A DNA stretch of 64,000 bases from a virus (lineage: Duplodnaviria; Caudoviricetes): IMG/VR virus record IMGVR_UViG_3300027891_000004, positions 32,001-96,000 of that record; one strand, given 5' to 3'. Under the pieces are notes generated by a model. That model had not been told where the DNA came from. It worked only from the letters and a program-made list of their open reading frames with translations, and ran no database searches. Positions 57,017 to 64,000 of the stretch are shown here, in pieces; within the stretch, counting starts at the first letter, position 1, and the number at the start of each line of letters is the position of its first letter. Position numbers and translations under genes: made by a program.

Positions 57017-58191
57017 GCGGCCCTCCGCTTTTTCATTAAAATTTTGTACTTTTCGTAGGCGTCCGATTTCGTGGGCGAAAACGAAAGCCCCTTGCACCAA
57101 TAGTCGTTCCGCAACAGCGCCCGGCATATCCGACGCCAGCTGGGTTTACGATCCGAAACGGCATTTTCTTGTTTAAGCGGCAACTCATCGGGTATCTCCG
57201 CGTACCCGCGATCTCGCCACCATTTCAAAAACACAGCAATTTTGTTCTCGTAATGTTCGCAAAGATGGCCCGGCATGGAATCGAGCAGCAACCGTGCGAA
57301 CGCCTGCCACGTGATGCCCGCCGGTTTGGAAACCTTTATATTACCCAATATATTGCCCGACGTTTGCGAATAGAGCGAGCCCGCGTTCGCACCGTTTACG
57401 CGGGCAACGACGCGGGCCCATGTCTCCGGCTCGATCCGGTGGAACAGCCACAAACCTTTCCGCTGATCGTCGCCGTAAGGCTGACAAATCCGCATCTGAT
57501 GTATCGAAAGGCCCGCCTTGTGCATCAGATCGTACAACAGGTTATAGGGCAGCCGCGTCTTACCGAAAAAAGTCCATATATCTTCCGTTTTCCAATCGAA
57601 GATCGGGTACGCATTGTAGACGCCGCCCGGCATACGGGTCGTCCACGCCTTATTTGCGAACCGTTCTTTGCTCTCGCTCCAAATGGTACGCCGCCGGTTC
57701 AAACTCTCCGCCATCCGGATACCGACAAGGCAACACGTAGAAACGCCGCCACCGTACCATACGCCAAACTGCGGCACAAACTCTTCAAACTCCATCCCGT
57801 ACCGGAAAAAGGGGAAGTCGGCACCCGTCTTCACTGGATAATTGGGCAACGGGCGTACCCAATCTTTTTCACGACCCGGCTCCCAACAAATCCAACGCGG
57901 CTCAAACTGTGAAACGGCGTTACGCAAAAGGATAGGAAGCGTACACCAAAAAGGCTCGATATGCTCCGCGTACAAAGAAAACAGCTCGGAAACATGCGCA
58001 ATCGTATGCGCGTACTGGGCCTCCAAATCAATAAAGAACAAGCCGACTTTTCGACCGCGACGGGCCGCTTCTGCCAACGCAAGATGCGTCATCACCGACG
58101 AATCCTTCCCGCCCGAGAAAGATACGCAAACGCGGTCAAAACTATCGAAGCAAAACGCGATCCGCTCTTGGGCGGCTTCAAGCACATTCAT
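57004..58191 (-). CDS. ibrA: IbrA/YbdN-like PAPS-reductase-family protein (DUF3440)
   Basis: VSFSGGKDS PP-loop, IDLEAQY, GIR..ESLNR, YPIFDW..EDIW, QMRICQPYGDDQRKGL, PSWRRIC..LL.NDYWC. Confidence 0.95.
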   Translation of the reverse strand: MNVLEAAQERIAFCFDSFDRVCVSFSGGKDSSVMTHLALAEAARRGRKVGLFFIDLEAQYAHTIAHVSELFSLYAEHIEPFWCTLPILLRNAVSQFEPRWICWEPGREKDWVRPLPNYPVKTGADFPFFRYGMEFEEFVPQFGVWYGGGVSTCCLVGIRMAESLNRRRTIWSESKERFANKAWTTRMPGGVYNAYPIFDWKTEDIWTFFGKTRLPYNLLYDLMHKAGLSIHQMRICQPYGDDQRKGLWLFHRIEPETWARVVARVNGANAGSLYSQTSGNILGNIKVSKPAGITWQAFARLLLDSMPGHLCEHYENKIAVFLKWWRDRGYAEIPDELPLKQENAVSDRKPSWRRICRALLRNDYWCKGLSFSPTKSDAYEKYKILMKKRRAAWGL

Positions 58192-59729
58192 TTTACAATG
58201 CGGTACAACAGCGGGTCAAATTCGGTGTGTTTCTTCTGTATACGCAAAATATCGTCATCTTCAATCCAAACGGCGGCGTTGAGTTTCTTTTTTGCAGCCG
58301 TCATCCCGTTTTTATCATGCGGGTTCGATCCCGGCTTCACCTCGTACAACGTGCCAGTCCGCTCGTCAAGGAAATCGGGGAACCAACGGCGGCAAACGCC
58401 ATCATCGGTAACGTAGCCGATAAAAACATTGTCCGACCGGTAAAGCCGCTTCAAATGCGGGTTATCGTAATGGAAAAGCAACTCCCACGACGAATCGTAA
58501 TGAACGCCGTCGCGGACGTACTTCGCCGAACACAGCGGGCATTTCGTCTTACTATAGTATAGCTGGCTAGGCTTCACTGTCCAGATTTGGTTATGCCGCC
58601 CGCACAAAAAAGTAGTACGGCGCGTAAAACCGTCCCATTCTCCGTGCAACGAAATCTGCACATCATAGCCCGCCAGCCACTCCAAAAACGCCTCTTTCGG
58701 CCACGGGACCAACCCGGCGCATTTCGGGCATCCGTTGGGTTTGCAACCTTTTTTGCCGATAATAACGCTTCTTGCAGACGTTGTCCATTCGTATCCGTCT
58801 ATTCGGCACCTAAACCGTGCGGGCTTCCTTAAAAACTGAAAATCGCCGACCAGCTCTATATTGGGGTTCACGACGGCCAGTTTCGCCACAAACATCTCTT
58901 CCGTCCAACGCTCTTGACGCGAACAACGCGGACAGCATTTATCACGCGGTCTCGCGGCCACAAAATTACACGGCTTAGCCGACCATCGACCATCCGCCCC
59001 GTACCCGCACACGTTGCACCGAACGGCAATCCGAGTCGTTATATTGACAAACGGGGACATACGGACGATATGCGGGAAACGTTTCGCCATCAGCGCATCA
59101 AACGATTCCTGCGTGTACCGCTCCCGTTTGGAACAACGCGGGCACCCAAACCCATTCAAAACATCGGCAAGATGCGGATGCCATTCATAGCCACAGCCAT
59201 CTACCAAACAACGAAAATGCGTTTTTTCTTTTTTCTTTGTGAAACCGCCGACCATCTCCAACAAACGACCCTGTTCTCGGAGCTGCGCATTCACTTTCTC
59301 AGGCCCCCAATCGTCGCCGAGCATCGTAGCCACCCGCTTCTTTGAACGGCGGGCCGACTCCTCCTTGTCTTTCAACAGATGGGCTACGCCGTACCGCTTC
59401 AAATGGGTAGCTCGGGACGACTCGACAACCGCAGAAACGTCTTTTTCAACGCCCAACTCTAACAACCTCATCCCAACCGCACGACGACAACAGCCATAAA
59501 ATTCGGCAATCTCCTCTTGCGTCTTATTCTCCACCAAATAAAGACGACACAACTCCTCTTTCGTCGCCTGCGCTACCCGGGACGACTCTTTTTTTATGCC
59601 GTATTTCCTGCAATAATTATTGACTGTCTGCAAGCTACACCCAAGACGCCTCGCAACCTCTTCCTTCACAAGGTCCTGGACAATGTATAAATCAACCAGC
59701 TGCTCTTTAGAAAAACCTAACGATCTCAT
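58188..59729 (-). CDS. homing-endonuclease-like protein: tandem HTH, repeated Zn ribbons, C-terminal PD-(D/E)XK domain
   Basis: Two L..LY......E(I/V)A...GC HTH repeats; four C..(C)G..W...CP.C repeats; YDSSWE...WFPDF...YEVKP. Confidence 0.85.
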   Translation of the reverse strand: MRSLGFSKEQLVDLYIVQDLVKEEVARRLGCSLQTVNNYCRKYGIKKESSRVAQATKEELCRLYLVENKTQEEIAEFYGCCRRAVGMRLLELGVEKDVSAVVESSRATHLKRYGVAHLLKDKEESARRSKKRVATMLGDDWGPEKVNAQLREQGRLLEMVGGFTKKKEKTHFRCLVDGCGYEWHPHLADVLNGFGCPRCSKRERYTQESFDALMAKRFPHIVRMSPFVNITTRIAVRCNVCGYGADGRWSAKPCNFVAARPRDKCCPRCSRQERWTEEMFVAKLAVVNPNIELVGDFQFLRKPARFRCRIDGYEWTTSARSVIIGKKGCKPNGCPKCAGLVPWPKEAFLEWLAGYDVQISLHGEWDGFTRRTTFLCGRHNQIWTVKPSQLYYSKTKCPLCSAKYVRDGVHYDSSWELLFHYDNPHLKRLYRSDNVFIGYVTDDGVCRRWFPDFLDERTGTLYEVKPGSNPHDKNGMTAAKKKLNAAVWIEDDDILRIQKKHTEFDPLLYRIVK

Positions 59730-59772
59730 AACGATTACATCTCAAAGAAAAACAAAATCGGAGCGCAGACCA

Positions 59773-59800
59773 AGTATGCCAGAAAGACAAAAGAAATCAA
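59773..59800 (-). promoter_or_regulatory. promoter TTGATT-N16-CATACT for the endonuclease-ibrAB unit
   Basis: Recurrent motif, placed just after the capsid terminator. Confidence 0.6.
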
Positions 59801-59814
59801 GAAAGACAAAAGAA

Positions 59815-59841
59815 AGGGGGCTGACAATCCGTCAGCCCCCT
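59815..59841 (-). terminator. intrinsic terminator after the major capsid gene
   Basis: AGGGGGCTGAC-GGATT-GTCAGCCCCCT then TTCTTTT. Confidence 0.9.
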
Positions 59842-59872
59842 CAAACTCAGCATAACGTTTCGAGGATTATGC

Positions 59873-61024
59873 CTAAATAACGGGCTTCGGCGCAGACAAT
59901 CTCGCGTGCAAGATACCTGCCCTTCCGTAAAAGTCCGATTTAAGACGAGGCAACAAAATGCAGATTACCTTGAAGTGGATTTCAAATCCTCCTTCTGTTT
60001 GCCACTGGACGGTGGTGATATCCATACCGGTAACGGCTTGGATGGTATTCTGGTCGAGTTCGATCATGACGAAAGTTCCGTAGGGTAGGAACTCGGAGCA
60101 ATTGATCGACTTGATTTCTTTGATCTTTTCCAACCGTTCTCGGAGCGTAATAGTGCTCGTTTGCCCGGCGGTATGATCGTTATAATCATCGTCGAGGATT
60201 TGGTCAAAATCGGGGCTATGGTAGATAGCGAACGGTCCGTAGTGCCGGATGTCGTGCAGGTTCCGTCGAGCGTCGAGGATTTGCCTGTAGAGGATAGCTG
60301 GCGACCAATCGGGATCGCGTGATCCATCGACCCTTGCCCAGTTGGTAAAGACTTTTGTAAGTCTTTGCGGGTAGTTGCACACGCCGTAGACGTTTCCGCC
60401 TCCGAACTGGAAATCGGGTTCGACGCCGAGCGCGAGTCTTTCGACTTTTTCGGCGACCATCCGGGACGCCATACCTGCGGTGGTTACGTCGATGGGCATA
60501 TTGGAGTTCCGGGAGACGGCGATTTGCCGTGCGCTGAAGCTGAAATCCTTGTGGATGATCGGCAACGGCATCTGATCCATGTCGTACATGGGCCGGTCCG
60601 CGTCCCCTTTGCGAAGCCCGTCCATACTGACGGTTGCGCCGGTGATATTGGATTGCCGTTCGTACTGCCACACGGTTTTCCCTAGCGCGTTTGGCAGGTT
60701 GACGTTAAGCCCGGCGGCTCGTAGGTCGTTGAAGAACCGGAGTCGTGGCATTGCTGCGGCGACGACGGTTTCGTCGATCATAACCCAGTCATCCTTTCGG
60801 AGCGTAGCTGCGTTTGTGGTCTGCACGTTTTTGAGAACGGGCTTCCCGTCTTTCCAACCGATTTGTTGCGAGATGAGCGAGGTATGCCCGTCATCGTGCA
60901 GGAACGGTCGGATGCAGCGGGGGTCGAAGTTGTAGGTAAGCAACCGGGTGGCAACGTCGCCGGACCCGCCGATTAGACTTGCGCCGTTCGTAATAGAAAC
61001 GGGCATCGCGTTCAGATTTTGCAT
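59873..61024 (-). CDS. major capsid protein (encapsulin/Linocin-M18-like HK97 fold)
   Basis: NAATLRKDDW..ID..V, A.VSMDG, PLPIIHKDF....RQ...SR, VAEKVE.L, YG..NYP.R; AAGGA RBS; strong terminator. Confidence 0.92.
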   Translation of the reverse strand: MQNLNAMPVSITNGASLIGGSGDVATRLLTYNFDPRCIRPFLHDDGHTSLISQQIGWKDGKPVLKNVQTTNAATLRKDDWVMIDETVVAAAMPRLRFFNDLRAAGLNVNLPNALGKTVWQYERQSNITGATVSMDGLRKGDADRPMYDMDQMPLPIIHKDFSFSARQIAVSRNSNMPIDVTTAGMASRMVAEKVERLALGVEPDFQFGGGNVYGVCNYPQRLTKVFTNWARVDGSRDPDWSPAILYRQILDARRNLHDIRHYGPFAIYHSPDFDQILDDDYNDHTAGQTSTITLRERLEKIKEIKSINCSEFLPYGTFVMIELDQNTIQAVTGMDITTVQWQTEGGFEIHFKVICILLPRLKSDFYGRAGILHARLSAPKPVI

Positions 61025-61366
61025 TGTTTATTCCTTTCGTAAAAGGAGTTATTGGCACCCGTACAAGATGCCCGTTTTTTCTATTCCGCACCCGGAAACA
61101 TAGGGTTGGCGTGCGCCAACAGCGTATTAGTGAAACAGGTCTTGATTCCCCGTTAAAACTTTTGTAAAATGGGTTGGTTATTACCCTTAAACTTTTTTCA
61201 AACTAGTGGCAATGTACGAAACGATTATTTGCGAGCAGGCCAAAAAAATACTAGAGTATATGGCTCTTGAATCATTAGTGGTTTATTGTTGTGGTCATCC
61301 TGACAGGCTGTACACGGAACTACGTCATTTGGACAACTTGTCGGGTTGCAACCGTCATATTGACGA

Positions 61367-61621
61367 TTACGACATCCCGCAATTGATCGCGGCGTTCAAA
61401 CGAACGGTACGTTCAAGTGCGTAACTGGCCTGATCGTTGTACAAATCCAATGTTTGTTTGAATTCTTGTTGCAACCTTTCGGCTGCTTGGTACAATTCTT
61501 CGTGGGACAATTCTTTCCCTTTTAGGTCGTCGATTTTCTGTTTGTAATCGTCGAGGAGCGGGATCATCTCGCCCGCGTAATACGGTTGTACGTATTCAAA
61601 AACTGGAGTAGTTGCGGGCAT
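61367..61621 (-). CDS. hypothetical helical protein
   Basis: 84-aa ORF with protein-like composition. Confidence 0.5.
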   Translation of the reverse strand: MPATTPVFEYVQPYYAGEMIPLLDDYKQKIDDLKGKELSHEELYQAAERLQQEFKQTLDLYNDQASYALERTVRLNAAINCGMS

Positions 61622-61703
61622 GGGTTTGTTTTCTTGTCGTATACACCAGTTTTTGCGGCATATTTGATAGTAGCCTTTTCCTGCCTGTTTCCCGATTCGA
61701 TTT

Positions 61704-62117
61704 TTGGTAGAATCAAACGTTGTTTTATTGATTTTCTATTTTGTTTTTCCGATGCGTCCTAAAATACACGAGGCGATGTTTCCCGAAAAAAAACCGGAAA
61801 GGACCGGTCCACGCCGGACACAATCGGAAATCGAGTTTTATAGGCAGCGGCACATGCCCGACAGTATCAAACGCGATATTTCGCATATTGGTTTGATTGA
61901 CAAAGCATTAGTTGATATTAAGCAGGGGACATTCGAGTACCCTGAAAAAAAGTTGTTCGACGACCGCTACAAAACAATTGATTATCTATTTGGACAACTA
62001 TTGGATTTCGATTCTGAACCGCATGGCCATCCCGAATTCGCAGACTACATGGAGTACCTTGAAACGCCCGGATGGACTCCTTACCGACGCCCAAAAAGGA
62101 AACGCAACAAAAAGTGA
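61704..62117 (+). CDS. hypothetical protein convergent with leader gene 62119..62550 (true start likely 61752 or 61776)
   Basis: The two stop codons are 1 nt apart; GAGG upstream of an internal ATG. Confidence 0.6.
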   Translation: MVESNVVLLIFYFVFPMRPKIHEAMFPEKKPERTGPRRTQSEIEFYRQRHMPDSIKRDISHIGLIDKALVDIKQGTFEYPEKKLFDDRYKTIDYLFGQLLDFDSEPHGHPEFADYMEYLETPGWTPYRRPKRKRNKK

Positions 62118-62118
62118 A

Positions 62119-62550
62119 CTATTCTTGTATTTCTCTTTTTTTATGGCCTTTTGATTTTTCTTTAGCACCGTACCAAAGTGGCGGTCCGTATGTTAGCGCA
62201 TCTTCAAACGTATCCTCATAGCCCATTTTGTTGCCATCCAAATCTCTTCCCAACGCGATGCGCCCGAGTGCTTCTCCTTGTTTTTGTATATTTCTTTCTA
62301 CGCCTTCCTCTATTTTCTTTTGCAATTCTGCGTTTACATCCTGTGCTTTCGCAAGCAATTTGGTTCTTTCTTTTTGGCTTGTTTCTCTATTAGCCGCCTC
62401 GGACAAACCTTCATATTTTCGTTCTAAAGGCTGTTCGCTTTGCGACCCGAAATTATCTGCGAACACGCTCATGGGCGACCGCGTGGCCATTTGTTGGTTA
62501 GCTGTCGCCTGTAAATTTTCAAAAACTGAAATATCTGCGAGTTTTTGCAT
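62119..62550 (-). CDS. type-A leader plus charged cargo
   Basis: MQKLADISVFENLQATANQQMATRSPMSVFADN. Confidence 0.8.
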   Translation of the reverse strand: MQKLADISVFENLQATANQQMATRSPMSVFADNFGSQSEQPLERKYEGLSEAANRETSQKERTKLLAKAQDVNAELQKKIEEGVERNIQKQGEALGRIALGRDLDGNKMGYEDTFEDALTYGPPLWYGAKEKSKGHKKREIQE

Positions 62551-62562
62551 CGTTTATTTCGA

Positions 62563-62970
62563 TCAAATCTGGCATTGGATCACGACCCTTTCGGACATGA
62601 AATCTGGCGGGTACTGTTTCTGTTCCCAACCGAGTTCTGCTATTGTCGATTGTGATACGATCCGTTTTGCGTTTTTCAACAAATTCGGATTTGCCTTTTC
62701 ATCGGGCGTTAGCCCCTGTAGCGTCTCTTCGGTTCCCAGCATCACGAAACTCCCGACGACGAGCACGCGGTCGGGGAACACCGTGTTTTGTTTTGCGTTT
62801 GTTTGTACGGTGTCGTCTTTTTGTATCTCTTCGGTTACGGTATCCCACCGGCATTTGATAACGACCGGTTCGGTGAATATATCCTCGAACTGTTCGTCAA
62901 CGCCGGTAAGTTTCCAATAGATACAATCGTCGGTCAGTGTAAGGTAATAAACAAACATCACAATCAACAA
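62563..62970 (-). CDS. head-closure (stopper) protein
   Basis: YW...G.D......F.EPV.IKCRWD pattern of gp16-like proteins. Confidence 0.75.
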   Translation of the reverse strand: MLIVMFVYYLTLTDDCIYWKLTGVDEQFEDIFTEPVVIKCRWDTVTEEIQKDDTVQTNAKQNTVFPDRVLVVGSFVMLGTEETLQGLTPDEKANPNLLKNAKRIVSQSTIAELGWEQKQYPPDFMSERVVIQCQI

Positions 62971-62993
62971 CTGCGCCGCTACTTTCTAATTCC

Positions 62994-63266
62994 CTACTTG
63001 AAATACAAATGGTCCTTACGGCTATCTTCGGACACGGTGTACAACCCGTTATCCTCGATCAATTCGTCTTGTCTCTTGGCCAGCGCGTTATAGTCGGGCC
63101 ACCGGGTCGATTCTCGCAACGCGCCCGAAACGGCGTCCAGTTCGCATAAACTACACGAATCGCCCTTGTTTGCGTTGTATACATCCTGGAAGGAACTCAT
63201 GGCATTTACACTGGTCCCTCCCACGAACGTATCGAAAAAATTAGTAATTGGTTGTCTATCGTTCAT
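62994..63266 (-). CDS. divergent (type-D) leader plus short cargo
   Basis: ITNFFDTF..GGTSVNAMSSFQDVYN. Confidence 0.65.
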   Translation of the reverse strand: MNDRQPITNFFDTFVGGTSVNAMSSFQDVYNANKGDSCSLCELDAVSGALRESTRWPDYNALAKRQDELIEDNGLYTVSEDSRKDHLYFK

Positions 63267-63277
63267 GGCTTTACTTG

Positions 63278-64000
63278 TTAGGTCCAGTTAATCATTGCCG
63301 GGTCCAGGTTAAGGAAATCAATCGCGTCCACTTCTGTCCACGTTTGTGGAGAACCCGGTGTGAATTTCCCTCCGGGGTAGAACTGGATATACCCGTAGGT
63401 ACAGGTCCCTTCTTTGCCCGTTTCTGCACTTTTTGGGAATGCGTTGTATTCCATATTACAGGTGAAAGAGATAGGAGCGGTACTTGCCGTATCCACATTC
63501 AAACCGCCGAAAGAACCAAGAAACATTTTCTTAAACTGCCAATAGGCTTTCTGTACCTGGCACGCATAGAATACAGCCTCTCGGTAATCTTCCTCAAGAG
63601 CGTAATGCTCTCTTAATATAGGGTCGCCATCATGGGCCACTTGATCGGTTGAGGAACCGTAGCCTATTACTTTTTCAAGCGTATTAAGATTTCCGCCTTC
63701 TTTGCGTATTAAAGTACCGTGCACAATATCGCCACCGCCAATATAGATACGTGTAAAACGATCTACGCCCGGTAAATGGTTCGTTAGGAACTCATTAAAA
63801 TTACTGCCGTGTACGGTAGTTGCGATAGTGCAGTTTGTCGGCCCCACAACTCCGGATTGCCACCCGCCTGCGGCAGCCGAACACGAGTTTGCAAACGTAG
63901 CGATATCGGTAGAAAACGTGATATTTGCGGTTTGTAAACAAGTGCGAATCATCGAGTCCAGTAATGACGCCGATCCCCCCGCTTCTTCCGGCGATTTTTC
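63278..64000 (-). CDS. probable tail tube protein, 5'-truncated by the window edge
   Basis: Frame is open to position 64000; ANITFSTD....ANS....GGWQSGVVG resembles tail tube N-terminal motifs; next to the stopper gene. Confidence 0.55.
   Translation of the reverse strand, partial: EKSPEEAGGSASLLDSMIRTCLQTANITFSTDIATFANSCSAAAGGWQSGVVGPTNCTIATTVHGSNFNEFLTNHLPGVDRFTRIYIGGGDIVHGTLIRKEGGNLNTLEKVIGYGSSTDQVAHDGDPILREHYALEEDYREAVFYACQVQKAYWQFKKMFLGSFGGLNVDTASTAPISFTCNMEYNAFPKSAETGKEGTCTYGYIQFYPGGKFTPGSPQTWTEVDAIDFLNLDPAMINWT

Noticed and set aside
58188-59729. Group I intron or intein hosting the endonuclease
   Set aside because: Flanking capsid and ibrA genes are intact and separate; the ORF has its own promoter and no splicing motifs that I could see.
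59781-59815. 16-bp direct repeat AGAAAGACAAAAGAAA twice
   Set aside because: Low complexity, two copies only; probably a local duplication at the moron junction.
59873-61024. Cellular encapsulin nanocompartment operon
   Set aside because: Protease, adaptor, stopper, tape measure and tail genes show it is a phage capsid.
1-64000. CRISPR array, diversity-generating retroelement or integron integrase explaining the repeats
   Set aside because: No regularly spaced repeats, reverse transcriptase, TR/VR pair or recombinase seen.

Overview
This window is a 64 kb segment of a large tailed dsDNA phage (or prophage), read almost entirely on the minus strand. It carries a siphovirus-type morphogenesis set: an encapsulin/Linocin-M18-like HK97-fold major capsid protein, a DUF2213-type prohead protease, head-tail adaptor and stopper, a probable tail tube, two tail assembly chaperones, a 2083-aa tape measure protein, three paralogous FN3-bearing tail/appendage proteins and a 2416-aa Cys-rich protein. 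These structural genes are scattered among accessory genes: RtcB plus a tRNA(CAU), IbrA/IbrB, an HsdR_N nuclease, a Tad2-like protein, an HD hydrolase and a Zn-ribbon endonuclease. The most striking feature is a family of 17 intact small genes, plus one internal copy and one frameshifted remnant, that share a related 25-50 aa N-terminal leader (F-x-x-L ... M-S-x-F-N/Q, often followed by V-x-N) fused to unrelated cargo domains. Cargos include a HigB/RelE toxin, a DUF4160 toxin, a three-copy unknown domain always followed by a Lar-like Zn finger, and helical domains. Leader DNA identity stops at or near the cargo junction and leaders are swapped between cargos. My inference is a modular, protease-cleaved capsid-targeting system for virion-packaged effectors with leaderless partner (immunity-like) genes. 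All family assignments come from motif recognition by eye; no searches were run.
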